DNA from: an uncultured delta proteobacterium
Lineage (GTDB): Bacteria > Desulfobacterota > Syntrophobacteria > Syntrophobacterales > Syntrophobacteraceae
Assembly: GCA_963808625.1 (NCBI GenBank)
Contig: CAWEHK010000051.1
Location: 64,001-128,000 of the forward strand
Direction of reading: 5' to 3'
DNA length: 64,000 nt
Shown here: positions 57,101 to 64,000 of the stretch, piece by piece
Layout of the letters: every line of letters begins with the position of its first letter
Position numbering within the stretch: the stretch's first letter is position 1
Notes under the pieces: model-generated
Told to the model about the DNA's origin: nothing
Databases searched by the model: none
What the model saw: only the letters and a program-made list of their open reading frames with translations
Position numbers and translations under genes: made by a program

Positions 57101-58524
57101 ATGGAGCGTTTTGTTAGATTTGTGTTTCACGACCTATTGATCCTTGCAACAGTAGTTTGCCTGGCATCGTGCGCGGGCGTCCAGACCCAACCCTCTAAGC
57201 CCGCCCAGGAACAACCGGCCCCAAAATTTAGACTTTCAGCCTCCGGTTTGGCCGCAACGGGTATGTGGAAATGCACACCGTTGGTCACCGACGTAAATCG
57301 CGACGGACACCTGGATATCATCGCCATTGCGCGCCTCGGTGATGGCGCACACGTCTCGCTTGGAGATGGGAAGGGCAACTGGACGGACTCCTCAGAAGGC
57401 CTCAAGATGAAGGGCGGATCCTGTGGAGGCGGGGTGGCTGTTGGTGACATTAACCGAGACGGTCACCTCGACCTGGTTGTTGCCGACCATTGCAGCGGCG
57501 TATATGTCTATCTGTCCGACGGGGCTGGACACTGGAAGGCAGTCACTGAGGGTCTCTATCCACCTGCTGTGAATGCCAAGGTCCAGGGCACAGGACGAGG
57601 AGCTGAAACAGATTTTCATTGGTTCTGAGGACATCGCTCTTGGCGACATCAATGGGGATGGCTTCCTCGATATCGTGGCTGCGGCTTCGGATCAGGGTGG
57701 TTTTTCGGTCTATCTTGGTAATGGCACGGGTAAGAATTGGAAACTCTGCCAAGGCTAACGGCCTGCCTGATTTGGAAAATCCCGAACCCGAAGACGAGGA
57801 CAATGCCGGGTGGGCCAACCGGGTGATACTCCGTGATGTGAACGGAGACGGCCAGCTTGATGTCGTGGCATCATACTACAAGGGACCCAGGGTGTGGCTT
57901 GGTGACGGTAAAGGCCACTTCAAGAGCGTTTCTCAGGGACTTCCTTCGCCGTAATTGGCGGCCTGTACCGCGGGCTGGAGCTCGCAGACATCAATAAAGA
58001 CGGGCTTTTGGACATCGTTGCGGCCAACGATGTGAATGGTCCGGAAGGTTTTCTACAACAGCCTGGTGGCTCATGGAATCCGACCGGTGACCTCATGCCG
58101 TCCATGCAGAACGGGGCCGTTGGTATTGCTGTGGCTGACTTCGATAACGATGGTAACCTTGATCTTGTGGTCGCGCGGCCGCAAGGTAAAGGAGATGGGG
58201 AACAATTACGGCCTTTACCTCCTCCAAGGAGACGGCAGGGGCGGTTTCAAAGAACTGGTGGCAACGAACCTCCCGGCGAAGGGTCTCTCAGTGACCTGGG
58301 GAGTAGCCGTGGGCGATGTCAATGAAGATGGTCTCATTGACTTTGTCGCCGCCACCGGGGGCGCCGTGGCCGGATCAGCCGGTGCCAAACTTCCTCCCCA
58401 AGCCAAAACACGCCCTGATACAAAAGCCAAGAAACCGGTGGAGAAAGAGAAGCCGGCCAGCGATTCGATCGCGGAACTGCCCCTGCCGCGCATGCAGGCA
58501 TGGGTTAACGAAGGCGTTCATTGA
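57101..58524 (+). CDS. FG-GAP/VCBS repeat beta-propeller lipoprotein; several frameshifts
   Basis: LASC lipobox; about 7 D.N.DG.LD(I/L/V) repeats with GDG.G motifs. Confidence 0.85.
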
Positions 58525-58571
58525 GGTCTGGCTCACGTCGCCACTAACTGGAACTGAGGTATCAAGGAACC

Positions 58572-60205
58572 ATGTTCCAACAACATAATTGGCGAAAACT
58601 CTTAATCATCTCACTCAGCCTGATGGGGGTGCTGGCGGCCACTCTTGCCGGGCTCTCCCATCGGCTGGAGTGGCTCGCCTCCCTGTGCACCGGCTTTGGT
58701 GATGGCTGCCGCGAAACGGTCGACTTTCAATTGTTGGGCATGCCTGTCTGGCTCTGGGGGGTGATCTATTACCTCCTTGTTTCCTTGCTCCTCTTCCGCG
58801 CGTATGCTTTCTCTTCTGGCTCATTGCCGCCGGCTTCGGAGTGGAGCTTGGCCTCATGTGGACGATGTTTTCCATGAAGGCCATTTGCGTTTTCTGCCTG
58901 GCCAATTTTCTCCTGGTCACCGGCGATGATGCTTTGCATCCTTGAAAGAGCGCGCATCTGGCAGAGCCTTACCGTGACCTTTGCGCGCCCTGCTGTTTAC
59001 TGCGGTGATGGTCCCTTATGAGAACAGCAATCTCGTTGCCGCAAGAGAAAGGCAGAATCCCGTTGTTGCGGCAATCGTCGCCGGTCAGGAGATTTCCTAT
59101 GACGAACTCGTGCGCCCCGTGGCCTCGCGGATTTACGACCTGCAGCAACAGATCTATCACCTTGAACGAGACCTTTTGGACCAGTTGGTTGCGAAGATGG
59201 TTCTCGAGAAGGAAGCCGAACGACAAGGAAAACCGCTTCAGGAATTGATCAAAGGCTATATCGGTGCGCAAAATATAGCCTGTGGGAGACCAGGAGGTTG
59301 ACAATTACTATGCGGAAAATCGTGCTCGTTGGAACGAATGGAAAGGTTCCGAGCAAGAACTCTATGACCCAGATCCGAGCTTACCTTCAGCAGCAAAAGA
59401 TTCAACAGAGAGTGCTGGAGTATGCTAAGTCTTTGAATCCGAAGTATGGTGTGGTCATCAATCTTAAGGAGCCCCCGTCGCCAACCATCCAGGTCGCCAT
59501 TGGAAAGGACGATCCCGTGCTTGGTCCTGAAAATGCCCCTCTTACCATTGTCGAGTTCTCAGATTACCAGTGTCCGGCCTGCCGGAAAAACCATGAGGTG
59601 GTGCGCGAACTCAGGGGCCTCTACAAGGAGCGAATCCGATGGATTTTCAAAGACTTCCCCATGCCCGGCCACAAATGGGCCAAGGGTGCGGCCCTGGCTG
59701 CACGTTGCGCTGCTGAACAGGGTAAGTTCTGGCAATACCAGGACATGCTGTTCGCCAGTCAGGATGAACTTTCCCCGGACCGTTTGACTCAGTTCGCCAA
59801 GGAGCTCGGGCTGCCGTTGGAACCCTTCCACTGAATGCCTTGAAGCCAATAGATTTCAGAACAATGTTGAAAGAGAGCGTCGAGGAGGGGAAGAAATTTG
59901 GGCTCAATTCCACTCCGACTTTTGTCATCAACAATCGCCTCGTTTCCGGGGCGCCGCCGCTTGATCGTTTCAAAAAGATTATTGACGAGGAGCTTGAGAA
60001 GGCTCGAGAAAAGCAGCTAGGGAATGGAAGAGCCGAGCCTGCCTCATTGGCAAACCGTCCCGACAAGATCGAACGGCGGAAAAGACATTTTTTCGACTTT
60101 CCCATGGATATAATATTTTTCTTGACAGATGCTTTTCTTTCTTATAATTTTACTCACAGCAATGCTGGACTGGGCCAAAACCGAATGGAATCTTACTGGA
60201 ATTAA
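58572..60205 (+). CDS. VKOR + helical linker + DsbA/thioredoxin fusion; several frameshifts (true stop may be ~60020)
   Basis: VKOR loop cysteines (LCTGFGDGC), LLGMPV and ICVFC; then VEFSDYQCPAC, FKDFP and STPTFVIN. Confidence 0.82.
60122..60148 (+). promoter_or_regulatory. Consensus-box sigma70 promoter for paralog D
   Basis: TTGACA and TATAAT exact; spacer reads 15 nt across T-runs, possibly under-called. Confidence 0.55.
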
Positions 60206-60500
60206 TGAGATAAGATTTCACTTTAACCGTCCTCATCAGAGGGCGTAGCGTAGTGTCAAAAGATGGTTAAGATGTGTGCGGTTCTGAAGTTCGTGCTGCC
60301 GGTTTCTAAAGGGGTGCTGCAAGAGTGTTTGATGCTGGGGAGTTGGCGTCTGCATTGCGGAACTCGGAGAGATCCCCATCGAGAGGAGGTGAGACCCAGG
60401 GCCAAAGCAGATAAAAGCTTGGACTGAACTGTCTTTAAGTGTACTGATGTGAGATAGTTAATCAGTTACAGGACTTTTATGAAGCAGGAGGAAGGAAAGT

Positions 60501-61662
60501 ATGTTTAGGAAAACGATGGTTTTTTCTCTGGCAGTCGCGCTGGTGCTGATGGGGCTCTGCACGTATGGCCTCTGCGGCTCAGAATGTGACCAACACGTCT
60601 CAGAAAGGCAGTCTGCTGATCTTCCCCAAGATCGACACCTCTGCGATTGGACGAAAGCGGCTTTTATCGCGACACGATTGTGATGATCGGCAATGACTAT
60701 TTTACCGAAGTTTGGGTTAAGTGTTACTGGGTGAACGCCGAGCAGGAAATTCAGGATTTCATGTTCCGCCTGACACCCAACCAGCCGGTTTGGTTCAGGG
60801 CCTCCGATGGCGCGGGAACCGGTTATTACGATGATATTCAGGCCCCGTCACCGTGCCTCCGTTCTTTGACGGGTTATGGCGTCGTCGGTGAGCTCAAGTG
60901 CTGGGCGGTCGATGCCGTGGGCGAAAACCGAATTTCCTTCAACCACTGTATGGCAACGCCATCATTCTTGATCCCGTGCATGCCGCTGCCTTCGAGTATA
61001 ACGCATGGGCCTTTACCGCCCGCGGGGTAGCACTGAACGGCACCGTAGGCACGCGCGGGCACCCTCGTCCTTTCCGGCGCCGACCGCGCTTATGATGCCT
61101 GCCCGAGCTATCTTGTTTTCAACTTTTTCTCCAAGGGCGCCAGCCATCAATCTACCGGATAAGGGCGGCTTTGCAACGTTCGTCAATACCGATCTGACCC
61201 TCGTTCCCTGTATCCAGGACCTGCGCCAGGACCGTGTTCCCACCTGCACCAAGGCCAAGTTCGATATCTGGAACGAGAATGAGACCAAGTACACCGGCGC
61301 CTATCAGTGCCTCAAGTGCTGGTTCGAAGGCTACCTTGGCGATATCGGTAGCTACACCATTGGATACGGCGGCGAGAAGTTCTGGTACAAGAATCTTCAC
61401 ACCACCGCGGGCCGCTTCCGGGTCGAAGGCATACCTAGCTACGGTGTGCAAGTTCGGTGTAGCGGGTTACCCGTTCGCCAAATGTCCTGTGGGTGCCGGG
61501 GTTCGCAGTCCTCTGCTTGGTCTGATCAGCACGGAAATCAAGTTTACTTCCGATCCGTATGATGCGCTGGCCGGCACCACCCCGAACACCGCGGGAACGG
61601 GCATCGCCTCGACCATTCTGTGGGATTATCAGGACGGCACCTCCGGAGGCCCCGGCCAATAG
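60501..61662 (+). CDS. Secreted Cys-rich hypothetical protein, paralog D; multiple frameshifts
   Basis: Signal peptide; NTSQKGSLLIFPKI, VKCYWVN, LTPNQPVWFRASDG, GELKCWAV, YDACPSYL, QDLRQDRVPTCTKAKFDIWNENE. Confidence 0.85.
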
Positions 61663-61707
61663 TCAGGTTAGACATACCGGATTTGTCGATCCTGAAAACT
61701 GGATGTC

Positions 61708-61746
61708 AAGGGGAGAAAGGCTCAGGCCTTTCTCCCCTTTCTGTTT
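61708..61746 (+). terminator. Intrinsic terminator after paralog D
   Basis: AAGGGGAGAAAGGC-TCAG-GCCTTTCTCCCCTT followed by TCTGTTT. Confidence 0.8.
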
Positions 61747-61759
61747 CATGCCCGCTTAT

Positions 61760-62313
61760 CTTATCTCGTGCGCTCCTTCGGAGTCAGAAGTCACGATTCA
61801 AATAGTCCTTCCCGGTCGGGTGTTGTCATCCGCATCGAATCTTACATCGACCCGCTATTCCCGCGTTTCCTATGCGACCTGGTTGGTCATGGGGATTATC
61901 GAGAAGTCACTTCATGCCCTTGTCAGCCACCTTGATTTCATCGATCTCGGGCAAATCCTCCAGATCATCTTCCAACAGCTCGATGAACAGTCCATCTTGA
62001 GCTGAATTCTGCGCATCCCTCTCAAAATCCGACAAGGGCGTCACTTGGTCACTGACTTCACCCAGGATGGACAACTCTTGAAAGGTCCAGCCCTAAAGTC
62101 CTCGGCGAAATCGGCATCCTCGGCTTTCACCACCGGCTTCCTTTATTATTTCGCCCAGGCCCCCGTCCTTTAACAACCTTCCAACAGAAATGGGACCTCT
62201 GCCTTGGCCGCCGAGAAACCAAGCTGTTGCCTTATAGCCGTCAGATCCGCCCCACATTTCCGGCATTCAGACAGGTAATCAAAACTAACAAACCCGCATT
62301 TCTGGCACTTCAT
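61760..62313 (-). CDS. Hypothetical protein, N-terminal double zinc-ribbon and acidic tail; frameshifted, 3' end uncertain
   Basis: MKCQKCGFVSFDYLSECRKCGADL... after a GGAAGG RBS; acidic stretch (IELLEDDLEDLPEIDE) downstream; absent from the ORF track. Confidence 0.55.
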
Positions 62314-62397
62314 AGCAGTCCCTTCCTGACCGGAGTGGACAAACCGGCCCTAGCTGGATGACATTCGCTTTACCCTAGAGAGGACACCTCACCTGAT

Positions 62398-63185
62398 TCA
62401 ACTCTGTAAGGGGTCACCGAGGTCTCCCCAGAGCAATTGCACAGCTGCCAGGAGGGCGACGGCAGCGGTTTCCAGGCGCAGGGTCCTGGGCCCAAGGTGC
62501 ACTGGATAAAACTCTGCGGCCCGAACTGGTCCCCTTCATGCTGCGACCATCCTCCTTCCGGACCGATCACCACCAGTATCTCCCGGCACTCAGAGTGTGC
62601 ATGGAAAAGGGAGAGAAGCCCCTGCCTGTTCGGCCTGCTCCTTGGCCAGGATCTTCAGACCTCGCCCACCCTCGGTTACCAACGTGGGAATACTCGCGCA
62701 ATGAGTTCCGTCGTATCGGGAAGAATGAGAATTTCGGGAAGACGCGTTCTTCCACATTGACACAAGGCCTCGCCAGTGATCTTTCGCCACCGTTCTTTCC
62801 GCTTGTCAATCTGAGATCCTGGCAGAGAATAGTCACTGCGTTCGGCCCGAAAGGCGACAAAACGATGGACTCCCATCTCGGTCGCCTGTCGCAGGACTAA
62901 CTCCATCCGGTCGGAACGAGAGAAAGCCAAAGCCAGCGTCAGTCTCAGGGGCGATTCTTTCCGGACCGTTTGCTTACTCCACCAGCGCAACCGCACCTCT
63001 TTCCTTTGCATTTCCCTGATGATGGCATTCCATCCATTGCCCTGCCCATCTCTCAGTTCGATGCTGTCCCCCGGCCTCAAACGAAGCACCTTGCGGACAT
63101 GGTGCGCCACATCGTCCGCAAGCCTGACCACCTCCGCCCCGGGCTCTTGAGGCTCAATGAGGAAACACTTTCGAGTCATTCTCAA
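62398..63185 (-). CDS. rsmE: 16S rRNA m3U1498 methyltransferase RsmE; frameshifted
   Basis: HHVRKVLRLRPGD, ATEMGV, EALCQCGR, VIGPEGGWS, LGP...ETAAV. Confidence 0.9.
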
Positions 63186-63215
63186 TTCTCATATGCTAAA
63201 CATACTATTGTAGCA

Positions 63216-64000
63216 CTAGAGTCCAAGCATCTCCGCCATATACCAGCGATAGAATTCCTCTCCCCAGAAAACATAAAGCAATGCCCCCGAGGCAAGAAAA
63301 GGTCCGAAGGGGAGCATGGTGCCAAGGCCTTGCCGGCTTCTCCACATGACGATCAGTCCCACTGCGGTCCCGATCAGGGAAGCACTGAGGACCGTAAACA
63401 CTACTCCCGGTAGACCGAGAAAAGCTCCGATCATCGCCAGGAGTTTGATATCCCCGCCTCCGAGACCGTCCTTATGTCGCAAATACTGGTACCCAATGGC
63501 CACCAGGAAGAAGAACCCGCCCCCAAGAACGATTCCCAGCGAGGGAGTCCAACCACGAGAGACGCAGGGGAAATGAAAGAAAAGGCAAATCCTACAACCG
63601 TTCCGGTAATCGAAAGAACGTCGGGAATCAGATAGGTATCCAGGTCAATGAAAGTGATAAGGAGGAGCAGGGAGACGAGGACCAACTCGCAAAAGAACTG
63701 AGGAGTAAACCCGTAGTGCAAAAACAGGAGCAAGGTCAGGACCCCGGTCAGCCCCTCCACCAGAGGATACCGCAATGGAATACGTGCTCCGCAGTGGCGG
63801 CATTTTCCTCTCAAGATCAGATAACTCAGCAGCGGAATATTGTCATACCAGGCAATGGGATGATTACAGAGTGGACAATGCGACCCCGGGCTGACGATCG
63901 ATTCTCCACCGGGCAAACGATGAATAACAACGTTATAGAAGCTGCCAAGGCAGCAGCCCGCAAAGAACACGAACACTTCCTGGAGACTGGAAGGAATAGC
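63216..64000 (-). CDS. pilD: Prepilin peptidase; frameshift near 63540-63570; 5' end beyond window
   Basis: GSFYNVVIHRLP, SHCPLC, DNIPLLSY..LRGKCRHC, FIDLD, GGGDIKL, PFGPFL. Confidence 0.93.

Noticed and set aside
55385..61337. Diversity-generating retroelement template/variable repeat pair
   Set aside because: Differences are synonymous third-position changes rather than adenine-specific, both copies lie in coding genes, and no reverse transcriptase is present.
54673..61662. Multiheme cytochrome nanowire interpretation of the Cys-rich paralogs
   Set aside because: The CxxC motifs are not followed by His (CLKCW, CFSCF, CLSCF), so there are no heme c attachment sites. There is also no class III prepilin signal, so they are not obvious PilD substrates.
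41388..61746. Surface locus as a tRNA-Phe-integrated genomic island
   Set aside because: The locus lies on the 5' side of the tRNA; no integrase or duplicated tRNA 3' end was found.

Overview
Chromosomal window from an anaerobic deltaproteobacterium. Gene content (selenocysteine formate dehydrogenase, periplasmic CbiK, SPL-like radical SAM) suggests a Syntrophobacteraceae/Desulfobacterota-like organism; this is an inference. Many genes, including housekeeping ones (purA, uvrC, fdnG, rsmE, pilD), are split by single-base indels, most likely long-read assembly errors, so they are reported joined. 1-41.5 kb is mostly housekeeping: a cobalamin-riboswitch operon (small ORF, cbiK, TonB receptor, two riboswitches), toxin-antitoxin genes beside tRNA-Pro, uvrC, a dciA-like gene, purC, tilS, proS, hsp20, htpX, purA, a Sec-containing FDH operon, a binding-protein/kinase/redox operon, minCDE, an atypical greA and tRNA-Phe. 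Several families of short intergenic repeats are scattered through it. 41.6-61.7 kb is the most interesting part, a ~20 kb cell-surface locus. It encodes four paralogs of an uncharacterised secreted Cys-rich ~370-385 aa protein, three of which have long leaders carrying a start-less extra Shine-Dalgarno. It also encodes an M6/InhA-like protease with an EExxH motif, a ~2000 aa LVIVD/FnIII/PKD-like adhesin whose Cys pattern implies inter-domain disulfide staples, a tandem NTF2-like protein, an FG-GAP protein and a VKOR-DsbA fusion. I interpret it as a candidate S-layer or extracellular-fibre system with its own disulfide machinery; this is an inference that needs structure prediction and proteomics.
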